Positions 50,695 through 62,000 of a DNA stretch of 62,000 nt are shown here, piece after piece (the first letter of the stretch is position 1; every line of letters starts with the position of its first letter). Origin of the DNA: Vicugna vicugna (Eukaryota); NCBI GenBank assembly GCA_013265495.1, contig MU057944.1, positions 124,001 to 186,000 on the forward strand, in the 5' to 3' direction. The notes below the pieces were generated by a model, which was not told where the DNA came from, did not search any database, and was given only the letters and a program-made list of their open reading frames with translations. Both the position numbers and the translations under genes were made by a program.

Positions 50695-50956
50695 ATGAGT
50701 GCCTGTCCGGGAGGGGGAAAGTCAGGATTGCTTCCTGTTCACAAGGACCACCCCTTCTGTACCTGCTGGGACAGCCATCATGAAGGTGGGGACTTCAGGC
50801 TCTCTCTTATCTGCTGTTTGGATGCCTTCAAGAGAAGCCGGTTAGAAGATGTTGATTGTGGCAATTCCTCAGAGCCCTCACCAAATGGCATTAGCCCAGC
50901 AGGTGCTGCCGCAGCCCCAGATTTGGAAAAAATTAACAGCCGGAAAGGTTTGACAG
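50695..50956 (+). CDS. KAZN: Candidate alternative coding first exon of KAZN (87 codons + 1 nt, phase 1)
   Basis: Repeat-free ATG-initiated ORF MSACPGGGKSG...SRKGLT ends at donor CAG|GTAGGT in phase 1, the phase needed to form G|TG (Val) with kazrin exon 2; AP-1 site TGAGTCA at 50566 upstream. Confidence 0.5.
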
Positions 50957-51399
50957 GTAGGTGAGTCCTGCCTGGTGTCCTAGCCCTGAGCTGGGTGATG
51001 CAAACCCTGGGCTCAGGAGCTGGGCATTCAGTGGTGGCGACCCTCCAAGTGTGTCGTGCTGGGCTTTGGGGACCACTTCTGGGAACACCCACCACCCGGT
51101 GGCCCGTCTGCAGGTGCTGACAGCCGCGCCTTTTGTCACTGCCCAGATTTAGAGGCTGGCTCAGGCTCCCAGCTAGTTCAGGCTGTAACTTTATCATAGG
51201 CATTGTGTTCAGTACCTTTTAATTGTGCAGAAGCTTCAGAAAATGCTCCCTGGGGGCCTGGAGAGAGGTTAAAAACAACAGCTGCTGGCTCCCGTGTGCG
51301 TTATTCCCTCACCTTATGGCTCAGCCTTGCCCGTGCACCCCTAACTTTGCAGTCCTATGTGCCGGGCTGGGAAGAATACGCATTTCTGGTTGGTAAGGT

Positions 51400-51493
51400 C
51401 CTATTGATGATGAGGAATCATTTACTGAGGGCCGCCCGGGAGCCGAGCGCTTTGTTACTTGCGTTCCTGTCGATCTTCCCCGACCCCTGAAAG
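51400..51493 (+). other. KAZN: Candidate non-coding alternative first exon of KAZN (kazrin-C-like)
   Basis: CpG-enriched, repeat-free patch ending in AAG|GTACCT; its ORF stops (TGA 51488) before the donor; 5' boundary is a guess. Confidence 0.3.
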
Positions 51494-52100
51494 GTACCTG
51501 GCGTTCTCCCCGTCTTACAGGGCGGACAGCTGAGGCGTAAAGAGGTACACAGGTTGTAGTAAGTGGCTTTGCCAGGCTGCCAGGCTGGCTGCCGGCCCCA
51601 CTGCTTTTCCCCTGCGGAGTCATTCATCAGCTGATGATTCCCTGAGAGCCACCGGGGCAGCAGGCAGAGGCTGTGATGCTGGGAGTCATGGGATTTTCTG
51701 GTCTTTGGCTCGCTGGCACCCAGTCAGCCAGAGGCAGTTGGGCGGGAGGGCGCCTGGGGCCCAGAGCAGCTCCCTTGGCTCCCAGAGACTTACCCCACCC
51801 CTCTGGCCCAGGCAGAATCCAAGGAGGTCGGCCGGCGCGTGACGAGAGGTCCAGCCCTGGCCGTTTGGGAACCTGGAATGCAGAGCCCCGAGCGGGAAAC
51901 CTCGGCAGGGCGGGGATCAGTCCACTCCCTCTCCAAAGCGAGGGAACTGGGCCTCAGAGCGGGGAAGGGACCACGCTCCACGATGTCACGTGGGATCATC
52001 TCCAGGGTCAAACGTGAAAACCCACAAAGGTACTTGGATGCCTTGGCAAGGCCGGGCGTTCTCTCCCTCACCCTCTTCCCTAACCCCCCCTGACCTGTCG

Positions 52101-52285
52101 CAGCGGCCTCAGGCTTTAAGGAGCACAGTAGTCCGAGGGTGACTGCTACTTGCAGATTCTCAGGCTCCACCTCAGGATCCTGACTCTATAGGTCCCAGGA
52201 AGAGCCTGGGAATCTGTATTTTTAATCAAGTTCCCGGAGTGACTTTGACGCAGGGGTTCCACGGATCAGAGTTTGAGAACCTCTG
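52101..52285. mobile_element. MER5B/MER5A-like MITE
   Basis: tgcagattctcaggctccacc...gggaatctgtatttttaatcaag...tttgagaacctctg. Confidence 0.7.
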
Positions 52286-52311
52286 CCCTACACCTTTCTA
52301 GGGTTGGGAAT

Positions 52312-52460
52312 GATTTTTTTAAATATTTATTTATTATTTGATTATTTTAGCACAGGGGGGCATAATTAGGTTTATTTGTTTTTAGAGGAGGTGCTGGGGA
52401 TTGAACCCAGGACCTCCTGCATGCTACATGTGCTCTACCACTTGAACTATGCCCTCCCCA
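52312..52460 (-). mobile_element. Vic-1-type tRNA-Ala SINE (camelid)
   Basis: Reverse complement: GGGGAGGGCATAGTTCAAGTGGTAGAGC...GGGTTCAATCCCCAGCACCTCCTCTAAAAACAAATAAACCTAATTA...CCCCCC plus A-rich tail. Confidence 0.85.
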
Positions 52461-53327
52461 CTAGGTTTGAGTGAATTTTAGTGGAAGAAACCAGGGAGGC
52501 CGTGTACTCTGGCTTACCCCCTGCGCCCTGACGTAATCCTTAGCAACTTCTTTTTCCCTCCCACTGGTGACCCGAAGTGGACTGTAGGTACATTGACAAC
52601 CTAGTTAAATCCCACTTTTTCCTTTTCTAACCCAATTTCCCACCCCCTTCTCTCCCCTCATCCTCACTCAGATTATCAGAATCTACTAGAAAGAGGCACA
52701 TGCTTTCCTGCCTCATGCTCTCACAAGACGGCAGTGGTCGGAAACAGCCAGAGTGAGGCTTTGTCTTTCCTGAGCCCCAGGCTGTCACCAGCCTCCACTG
52801 GACCTTCCACTGAACCAGCGTTCCTTCTGCTTTGAGCTCCTTGGAGGGGCCAGGCCCTGGGCTGGGTGCTGAGGAGTCAGATGAGACCACGCTCTTGACC
52901 GTGGTCCATCTGGATTCTTCAGACTTGGTACCAAACCCCCCGGAGGGGCTGGCTCTTCCAGGCTCCCCAGCCCAGGCCGCCCCCTCCCTTCTGTTGTTGG
53001 TTCCAACATTGTACCAGTGGCAGCTGTGTCTGGCTAGGCGGCCTGTCAGTGTTTCCTCTTGGCACCTCTCCCCGTGTCCACAGTGCGGACAGCAGCCATG
53101 GGGACTGTCTATCACGTTACACCCTATAGGACTTCTCAGCTCCTGCAGGGTGGGAAGCCAAGGGGCCTGGGTGGCAGGGTGGGAAGGCTTTGCCTATGAC
53201 CACCCCTCTCCCTGCGTGGGAGACCAGCAAAGAGCTGAGTCCCGGGGCCAATGGGCTTGAATGCAGATTCTGGGGCCCACAACCAAGATTGACTTAGTAC
53301 GTGTAGGGTGGAGGTAAAGACTCTGCA

Positions 53328-53590
53328 TTTTTTTTTTCTGGCAGTAAAATATAAATCACATAAAATTTACCATTTTGCCCATTTTTAGGCGTACAATTCA
53401 GTGGCATTAAATACATTCACAATGTGTGCCGCCATCACCACTAGCCATTTCTAGAACTTTTTCATCATCCTGAACTGAAACTGTACCCATTAAATCATAA
53501 CCCCCACTCCCCACTAACCCCAGCCCCTGGTAACCACCCCTGGTTCTGCTGTCTCTATGCCTTTGCCTGTTCTGGGTGCCTCATACAGTA
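53328..53590 (-). mobile_element. L1MB-like 3' end inserted in a MER5-type MITE (53255-53665)
   Basis: acataaaatttaccattttg...gtacaattcagtggcattaaatacattcacaatg. Confidence 0.8.
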
Positions 53591-54709
53591 TCTGCAGGAC
53601 CCCACACTTTTAATGTACCATCCATCCCTGCCCCTTTGAGGATGGTCCTGGAACCACATGTGGCGATCCCCTGTCCTAGATGCTTTATCCCAGTGTTTCT
53701 TTCATTTCCTTCATTAAAAACACAACCACCTCACAGGTGTGCTGGGAAGGTTTAGGGAAGAAAGAAATTCAGTTACCTTTTGTGGGGCTAAAACCAGTAT
53801 ATTGTCAACGCCTCTGCCACTGATGCATTAAACGCATCATTTTTGTTTGTTTGGTTTTGTTTGATGTAGTTTTTCTGTTTGGTTGGTTTTTTAAGAGTGG
53901 CTTGAGCTCTTCCTAGTTTGTCTTCTGAAGCATGTTTGTGACTCCTGAGCTTAAGGGCCACTCAGTGCCCTGGGGAATCTGCCTTGGGCCAAAGGTCAGC
54001 TGACGCTGAGAAGTGCAGGGAGACAGCATCTCCTTCTGGGTGTGCCCTGCCTGGGTCTCAGAGAAGATTCTGTCAGCCTGGGGTGAGGGTGGGGGCTGAT
54101 GCAGGCATCCTGTCTAAGTGCTCAGCTTCCCCATTCTAGCTGCCAGGCACTGCCTCCATCCCTTTCAGATGAAGGGCTGGGACAGGGGTCAGGGGGAACC
54201 AGTCAGGTCTATGCCTTTGCAGTCCCAGACTGTAACCACCTGCACACCCTAATTATTTCTTGCTGCCAATCAGGGTTCAAACATCCAACCAAGGCTGACA
54301 GTCGTCTCTGATCTTAGGGCAGGTTTTTTTGTTTTTTTGTTTTGCCAGGTGGCCCTCTGCTGCTTCCCCTTAAACCAGCCCCAGCCTTGGTGGGCTTGCT
54401 TTGGGACCTTCCACTGCACCAGCCCTCATCTTCCTATGCTCCTTCGAGGCCTTTCTGGCTGCATTTACAGCCAAACGGAAGGGAAACTTCCATCCCTGAT
54501 GGTCCCTGTGGATTCCTTCCTCTTGAGCTCTGGAGCAGACATAGATGCTGCCCCTGCCAAGCGGGACTGCCTGCTTCCACTATCAAGTGCAGGGTAGAAA
54601 CTTCTGCCCCACGTAGCCTTCCCTCTCTGTGGTACCCTGGGAGAAACCAGTGGGGAGTCCCTTTTTATAGAAGGGGAAATGGAGGCAGACACGATGTGAT
54701 CTCTTTGGT

Positions 54710-54885
54710 CCAGACTTGTCTGGTAGAACTCCTTGCCAAGATGGAGATGTTGTCTACCTGCACTGTCCTGTACGCTGGCCACTGTGTTTAAAAGGTAGCT
54801 AGTATGACCACAAAACCAAATGTCAAATTCCGCTTCATCTTAAAAGGCCACACGTGGCTAGTGCCTACCACTCTGGATGGTGTGG
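54710..54885. mobile_element. MER3-like MITE
   Basis: tagaact...gatggagatgtt...gccacacgtggctagtgcctacc. Confidence 0.65.
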
Positions 54886-55269
54886 GTGGCCCCGCGTCAG
54901 GGCATGATAGCACAGGTGTGTGTGGCCCGTCACAATTCATGAAGCGGAGACAGGTTTCTTTCCACTGTGCTCCTCGAAGGCTGCCATGCCTCTCCATGTG
55001 GTCCCTGGACCGCCAGCGTCGAAATCACTGAGCTTGTGGTTTTTAAGTTCCTGGACCGCCTACCGGACCTGAACAGTCAAAACTGGGCCCAGGAATCTGC
55101 ACTTGAAACATGTTCCCTCCACCTCCACCCCCAGGTGATTCTGACCTTCCCTGAAGTTTGAGAATCAAGGGCTCCAGCAGATTCCATCTTTACTGCTGTG
55201 GGTCTTCCCAGCCTCCAATGGCCCATGCGCCTTTGTGCCTTTGCTACCAGCCCATCACATGCACCAGGC

Positions 55270-55450
55270 CAGTGGCTCTCGAGATGGGCTGCCAAGACCA
55301 GGAACATCAGGCTCACCTGAGAACTTGTTAGAAATGCAAATTCTCGGCCCGCCCCAGATCTACAGAGTCAGAAACTGGGTGAGCCCAGCTGTCTGGGGCT
55401 TAACAAACCCCTCCAGGTGCCGCTGATGCCGCTGCAATGTGAAACTAGTC
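55270..55450. mobile_element. MER5A MITE
   Basis: tcacctgagaacttgttagaaatgcaaattctcgg...taacaaacccctccaggtg. Confidence 0.8.
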
Positions 55451-56189
55451 CCTGAGCAAGGCTGCTCTGGGAAGCTCCTGCTGCTTAAAAATTTCCCCCC
55501 AAATCCTCTTGTCTGTCTTCTCCTCCCCCTCCCCTGACCCGTTGCCTCTGGACCCTGGGCTGTCCTCTTGCCAGCTGCTGAGAGCTGCCAAGACCCTCCC
55601 ACACCCAGGGACTGTGAGTGTGTGGCAAGAGGAACCCTCCGCCTTTCACAAGGGCCTCCGGGACCCCGGCTGTCACAGGGATGCTCTCTAGGGGAGGCAA
55701 GCCGAGCAGTGGCCAGCAGCACCCCCACCCTCTCTCCCAGCATCCCAGGTGGTGGCCACCTGCTCGTCCTGTGCCCGAATCTCAGAAGAGCAGAGGGCCA
55801 GAGGGCCCATTTCCCTGGGGCCGTCTCTTGGGGCAGGGTCCCTGCTGCTTCCCCGGGCATCCATCAGCCAGGAGGAAGTTGGCACAGCTCATAGCTGTGC
55901 TCAGCAGACAGCCCTTGTCTATTTCATGTCATCCCAGTGTGCACAGAAAGCAGGGCGGGTGGCGGCCAGAGCAGCGCTGGCTGTGCTGCTTACCTGCTGT
56001 AGGACCTTCCCTGTGCAGGTCACTCGTCTCTGAACCCCAGTTTCCCTGTTCTGTGAAGTGAGAGCCACAGTGCCAGCCTGGCAGAGCGCACAGAGCCGCA
56101 GTTGCTTTCCCTGAGCCCACGGATCTGGAAGCGCTTTGCACACTCTGAGGCACCTTACAGATGTGGCCGGTGAGGGCAGACCTGGGCCT

Positions 56190-56301
56190 CGGGGAACCAA
56201 CTCGTCCTGATTTGCCTGGAACTTCCCTGGCTTCAGCACTGATAGTCCCACATCCTGGGAAATCCTTCAGGCCCAGACAAGCCAGGACAGGTGGTCTCCC
56301 T
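56190..56301. mobile_element. MER81-like hAT-Blackjack MITE
   Basis: gggaaccaactcgtcctgatttgcctgg...agcactgatagtccc...caggacaggtggtctccct; inverted termini. Confidence 0.75.
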
Positions 56302-58114
56302 GTCTGTCCCCCAGTGGCTTCTAGACACTCAGCTTTGCCAGCTACGATCAGCTGCTTTTGCCATAGAGAAAATCACCCTCCCCCCACCCCCCGTGCCTCC
56401 TGGTAGTTAAGGTATCACCTGCCTGACTCCTGACCCCTCTCTGCCTTCTGCTGATCGCGTTGACCTGCTGGCCCTGCTCTCACTTCCAGCTCATCCACGT
56501 CTCTGGGCACCGTGGGATGGTCTGGCCGACCCTCCACTCAGATTCCAGCTGAGTGCATCTTCATTAAATTATATCTGCCTATTTGTTCACTTTTTCACTC
56601 AATAAATCAATGCTTATCAGGCCCGGACCGGGTGCCTGGTGCTGACAGGCTGAGCCCTGCCAGCCCTGCCCTCCAGGCGCTTACATTCTGGAGGGGGGTT
56701 TTCTGTATAGAACCCTTCACTTGAACCAGAAGGAGGCCCTTCCTCAGCCTCTCCCTGGATCTGACAAGGCTCCTGGTTCATCCATCTGGCAGGTTTGGAG
56801 GTGCTACTGGCAACCACGAACAGTGACAGCCTGTCTCCTGGCTCCTATTGAGGGGCTCAGGGTCTCCTCGCTGCCCCATGAACCAGCCGGCCCCTTCTCA
56901 CCCACACCTTCTCCTTCTCAGCTTTTAGGTCTCCACCCCATCCCAAGTCCACCCTGTCCTGGGCCCCTGACCCTCCTGCAAAGCCTTTCTTGCTCATCCC
57001 AGCCCCTCAGTGCATCGCCCTTGCATTGCCCTGGGTGGGTCACCTGGAGCACGGGCCTGCCAAGACCAGGTCCTGCAGGAGCATTTCTTGAGCCTTACTC
57101 TGGGCCTTCCTCCTGAACTGGACCCTCTGAGGGGGCAGGGACCGGAGGGTGCCTCCACATCTGCTTCCTTCTGTTCCCCCAGGCACAGAGTAGGGCTTCA
57201 GGAAACGCTCCAAGTGGGAGGAAACATGCAGACATGAATTTTTGAGCTGGAAGCACCTTAGGAGGAAGAACTCTAATCCAGCTGTTAGACTGGCGCCCTA
57301 ATGGATGAGCCTCACCTGGCAGGTGGGCACCTGCAGCCCCACCTGTAATTGTTGGGGTTTTGAGGGGTCAGTAAATACAGCCCTCTTCCCTTCTGGAATT
57401 TGGAACCCACCAAAAGATAGAGGCAGAAGTTGGACAGATGGAGAACGTGACTTGGGTGCTGCTCTGGGTGCTCTCTGGCCCCACACCCCTGCGCTGGGCC
57501 CCGATCTCAGGCCAGACAGCTACAGGCCTGGGTGTGATGATGTAACATAATGAGTCCATTTGGTTTTACTCCCGCCCTCGTCCTGTGTGTTGCCGGGTCA
57601 CTGTACCTCCATCAACAAGTGGACAGCTTGCGTTTCAGTTTCCAGAATCTTTGAACATGGTAGAGCCCCTGAAGTTCTTTTGTCTGTTTAATCTACAGTT
57701 AATTATGGTGCACTTGTCTGGACCAGAATCCTTCTTAAGTATCAGGGGTAATGTTGTAGGTAAAATGGTCCTGCCCCAAACACAGTCCTCCTCTCATACT
57801 GCGTAAAGTCCAGGATATTTTCAGAAACTTAGAGACCGAGAACTTTCTTTGTTTCCAGTGTCCTTGAGAATTTCCTGAAATGCCTTCTGCTTCCCCACCT
57901 TGGTTAGCAGGGCAGGCAGAGGCTGGTCAACTCCCTTTTTGGAATTAGGCTTCTGCAGAGCTTTCAGGTCCTCACACAGAACCCGAGCATTTTAGGATTG
58001 GTGGCTGTACTGGACTCCACAACTTCCCTGCTTGGGGGTAAGAAAATAAGAATCCATTTCATCTGTGGAGTCTTTTCATTGTTTGCTTCTTTGTCTTTCA
58101 AACTAAACCCAAGT

Positions 58115-58212
58115 CCTAGTTACCTGGGCCCCGTAGCTGACTGAGATCCTAGTTCCCTGGGCCTTGTAGCTGACTGAGATCCTAGTTCACCGGCCCTGTA
58201 GCTAGCTGGGAC
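58115..58212. repeat. 33-bp tandem repeat, ~3 copies
   Basis: cctagttacctgggccccgtagctgactgagat / cctagttccctgggccttgtagctgactgagat / degenerate third copy. Confidence 0.85.
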
Positions 58213-58689
58213 CTGGTTGGGGAGGTTTGATTGTGTGTGGGCAGCTGCCAGGGTGTTTGAAATGACCAGCAGCTCTTCTCCCGTTGCTTCCTGCTGGGCT
58301 CCTGGGGAAGGCATCAGCGACTTCCCCAAAGTCCCCATGTGTCCCTGTGTGACCGCCTGGGCTTCTGTCTGCAGCTGACCCTGGTGACCGCGGGGCAGAG
58401 CCCCGCCCACTTGCTGTCCCCACGCCAGCTCTGTCTTCCTGCTTCCTGGGCTGACTTGCTGGTTCTGTTCTCTGGGTTCTTTTCAGAGACTCGCTGTTCG
58501 CCAGTGGACGAACGCATGTTCTGAGCAATTGTGCACCCAGAGGGACTCTTGGGTCTCCCCTACCCCCACGTCACTTTCTACAAGGTCTCGTGTCACTAAC
58601 GTGCACTCGGGTGAAAATCATGTGGGGGAGCCTGATCTAAGCACTCTTGCTTGGCTGGACTGCCTGCATTAAACAACCGAAATCAATTA

Positions 58690-58815
58690 GGTGCATTAAT
58701 CACCCATTTTACAGAAGCAATAACTGAAGCGTATCAGGGAGATTAAGAAACTTGGCCCAGGCCATAGAGCCAGGAAGTAGAAGAGGCAAGATTCAGCTCA
58801 AGAGTCTGGCTGGAG
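58690..58815 (-). mobile_element. MIR SINE
   Basis: cccattttacaga...ttaagaaacttggcccaggcc. Confidence 0.6.
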
Positions 58816-59333
58816 TCTAGCTGGAGCCACCTGTCTCCTGTCCCTGCTGATGCCCACTCTGCCGCATCACCGTGTCCTTGACCTGCAGCAGAGTCTTAAG
58901 TGAGGAATAACAAAGGGACTCTGTCCCTTGAAGGTGCCAGACACACCCCTTTGTCCAGGCCCAGCCCTGGTGGGGAGCTCCTGTGGCTGCCCCCCTGGAC
59001 TGGGCTGGGTCCTTGTGAAGTGGGCGGGGCACGGGGCGGCTCTGCAAACTCCAGCCAGGGGCTCAGGTGTGGTGTGCTCCGCACAGGCGTCCCTGGCAGC
59101 CTGTCTCTCCCAGGGCTGCGGTTTCCTGCTGCTCTTGGCCTTAAGATGTTAAGGTTGGAGGAGAGTTTGGCTACTCTCCATTCATCCTGTAATGTAGGGA
59201 AACGTGATCACTGTCATTCAGGGTGGCATTCGAGGCACCAAGAGATTCGTGCTTAGAGCCCAATAACTGTTAATGAAAAAACCACTTGTACTGTTTGCAC
59301 TTCCTGCTTTCTTACCACCTACCCAGAGAGTCA

Positions 59334-59860
59334 TGTAGTTGCAGGACTATTTGAGTTGCAAATGATAGAAACACGACTAGAACTGACTCATAGAAGAGGA
59401 AATTAGTAGCGCTCCATAACCGAATTGATCAGTGGTAGATCTCAGGCATAGCTGCATCCAGGGGCTCAGAAGATGTCATCTCCCAGCTCTCCTTTCATCT
59501 GTTTGGGCCTTATCCTTTCTGGTGGCAAAAATGACCCCTAACAAGCCAAAGCAGCATTTATCTTTCTAGGATTCCAGTGTAGAGAGTCCCTCATTCCCAG
59601 TGTTTCTAGCAAAAATCCCAGGACTGACTCTCATTGGCTTAGCTTTCATTGTATGACAGCTCTGAGCCAATCACTTGGTCCAGTAACAAGAGATGCTTTG
59701 ATTGGCAGGCCCAGGTCAGGTGCCCTTCCTTGGAATAGGTTGAGGTAGGGGTTGTGAGCCTCCAGGGAAACACACAGGCTGAGAAGGAGGGTGTTAGCCA
59801 AAGGAAAGTCAGGGAGAATGTTCATCCCGAGGAGTGGAAGCCAGGAAGCAGACGCAGGAG
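59334..59860 (-). mobile_element. MLT1K-like MaLR LTR
   Basis: gttgcaaatgatagaaac...tcaggcatagctgcatccagggg...tgagccaatcac...tgattggcaggcccaggtca. Confidence 0.7.
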
Positions 59861-59892
59861 TTGTCCTGCGGAATGTGAGCTGATTCCTTTGG

Positions 59893-59895
<3 letters not shown>

Positions 59896-59926
<31 letters not shown>
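59896..59926. repeat. (GT)15 microsatellite
   Basis: Perfect GT dinucleotide run. Confidence 0.95.
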
Positions 59927-59927
<1 letters not shown>

Positions 59928-60809
59928 ATGCGTACCCCTCACCAGGTGCTGTAAGATTCAAATGCGAGCCTTAGATGTAGGTGCCGTCGGTTATTATTTT
60001 GCGGATTTTCTTGAGCACCTGCTGTGGGCCAGGCCCTGTTCTAGACGTTGTGGAGGAGCTTGGCTTTCTCTTCTGTCCATTGTTCCTTCTGCCTCCCCTT
60101 TTCCTTCCTCTTCTACCTTTAAGGACCAGGAGGACACCTGCTGTCTCAAGTTCCTTCTTAGTCTCCTGAGCATAAGGAGTCACGACCCCTCCTTTTCTCT
60201 TGCTTGTCCTCTGTTCAAGCTTTGTCTTTATCACACCTGTCCCAGGTGGGCTTGTAGGAGGACCCTTGGGCCTGTTGGCCTCCTGAGTATGGGGCCTGGG
60301 TGGGCCTGAGCTGAGCACAGTGTGCCTTCTCCCCCCCGGGACAGCATAAACACATGCTGTGATGTCCCCCTTGCCGGCCCCCTGCCATCTCCCGCTATCG
60401 CTGGGCACGCCGAGGTCAGTGGCAGCAGCTGGTGCTTCAGGCCTGCCAGACAGCATCTGGCTTCTCTCAACCTTCCCAGCAGGAGTCAGATTTTTCTGGG
60501 CTGCGTCTGGAGCTTGGCCATCTCCCTGGCGAGCACTGACTGCTTCCCTTTGGAGATGACCTGAATTCATAGCATGCCCAGCAGGCAGATGCTGCCTTCT
60601 CACAGCCAGGCAGGGAGTGGGCAGCCTGGGGAGGTAAGGATTTGGCAAAAGGGCATGGTTGGCTTCCCTTATGCCTGCTGTTTTTTGGGGTATAGGTGCC
60701 GGCTCCCCATTTCATTTAGTACCTGCCCCAGGGAGGAGAGCGAGCTCCCACTAAGACAAATCTCTGGACCTAGGGCTTTGAATATGGGGACATTGGAGAC
60801 GTACCACGT

Positions 60810-61000
60810 GCTCAGAGCCATAGAGCCAGATGCCTGGGTGCATGTCATCCCCAGCTCCTAAATCCCTCTGAGCCTCACTTTCTTCATCTGTAAATTGGGG
60901 ATGCTCTCCCTACCTAGGAGGGTTTTGTGTGGATGACATGAGAATACATGTACACAGTCCTTAGCATGGTGCTTGGCACATAGTAGGTGTCAGTAAACAT
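60810..61000 (+). mobile_element. MIR SINE
   Basis: ctctgagcctcactttcttcatctgtaaattgggg...cttggcacatagtaggtg. Confidence 0.75.
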
Positions 61001-62000
61001 CATTCATATTAGCCTTATACCACGGCAGGCCCTGGAATGATACGAGGCTCACCGGAGAGATGCCAGGGTGGAGAAGTCCAGGGTCAGTGATGTGTAGGTG
61101 ATAAAGCTCTTGGGGCGAGGTAAGTCTTGTCGAGGAGACGTTTTCGGAGATGACATCGCTAGCCCTTTGCTCCCCAACTCAGAAGCCGTTGTCAGACTTT
61201 GGAGTTGTGGGAAGCCCACGCAGGGGCCCTGAGGGAGCCTGATGTATCTTTCTGAGCCTCAGGTTCCATCTTGTCACAGGAATGATGGAAGCCAAACAGA
61301 TGGCAGATAATGATGTTTACAAAGCATGGGTCCGAGGCGGGGTTGGCAGTACTGGAGGCACCTTTCCATGAGGTGTTTGCCGCCGGGCCCTCTCCTGCCT
61401 GTGCGGACGCTGGGAGTCTTGGCCATGACTGAGGTTTTGCTTCGTTCTCCAGGGCGTGCAGTCTGGGTGTGAGCACCGGGCTCAGCAGTGATGAGGGGAG
61501 GTCCAGGTCAGGGAGCAGAGGCCATGGGTGAACCCCAGAGGGAGAGGGAGCTTGAGTGGGCCTGGGGGACATCCTCAGGCTTGACCCCCTTCACTGCCTC
61601 AGGACCACCAGGTTTCGTGGCTGAGTCTTCGCCTGGCCCAGCCACCTCCAGGGAGGGCCCTGTCTCCCACTGCAGTGTCCCCTGCCAGGGGTGCGCTGGT
61701 GTTCCAGGGCTGAGAAGCAAATGCTTACTTAAAGGCACTCAAACCAAAGGAGGGCTTGCTTGTAAGGACGCAGAGGCAACCTCAGGAAGCCAAGGCCAGC
61801 CACGTGGGGTCCGCACACCGACACCGGGAGCCTGAAGCAGTGCCCTCTCGCCCATCCCCCCTCCCTAGGTATTTCCAAGGGTCCTCCCTGATTGCCTCCC
61901 TGGCCGTACTCCCCTGCCAGGGGGTCTACTCCCGCAGAACCTGTCAATTTCTTAAATGCCTGGGAGACAGAATCAGATTGGCAAGCCCTGGGTCTGGTGA

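Larger units (their letters stand above)
1..62000 (+). other. KAZN: Intronic region of KAZN (kazrin): 3' part of the long intron 1, containing internal alternative promoters/first exons; common exon 2 not seen in the window
   Basis: Kazrin-B N-terminal peptide and kazrin coiled-coil start (LLREEVSRLQEEVHLL) are encoded at 45517-45778; the remainder is repeat-rich non-coding DNA. Confidence 0.8.

Noticed and set aside
58115..58212. CRISPR-like 33-bp repeats
   Set aside because: Units are head-to-tail with no spacers, no cas genes, and the DNA is mammalian
59971..60648. 225-aa minus-strand ORF
   Set aside because: No recognisable domain, non-ATG start, composition driven by a pyrimidine-rich plus strand
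1..62000. A novel multi-gene or defence-type system
   Set aside because: No operon-like ORF clusters or recognisable enzymes; content is explained by one intron, alternative first exons and common eutherian repeats

Overview
Mammalian (eutherian) genomic DNA, GC-rich and mostly intronic. It is very likely camelid, because it carries three tRNA-Ala-derived Vic-1-type SINEs and no recognisable Alu, B1, BovA, PRE-1 or CanSINE. It is filled with old eutherian repeats: MIR, L2, L1M, MLT1/LTR16, MER2/3/5/20/58/63/81/102 and Charlie1/8. The only recognisable gene is KAZN (kazrin) on the + strand. The window lies in its large first intron and contains a CpG-island internal promoter (~45.1-46.2 kb) with the kazrin-B first exon. 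That exon has two oddities. First, its start codon is frameshifted (apparent 2-nt loss at codon 6). Second, it runs without an intron into a 16-codon copy of the start of common exon 2 (LLREEVSRLQEEVHLL), then a TAG stop and a GT donor. About 5 kb downstream, an 87-codon Cys-rich ORF ends on a phase-1 donor compatible with exon 2, so it is a candidate alternative kazrin N-terminus. No prokaryotic features, CRISPR or novel multi-gene system were found, and nearly all ORFs in the track are spurious. Repeat family names and the kazrin comparisons come from recalled consensus and protein sequences, not database searches. Repeat boundaries are approximate.
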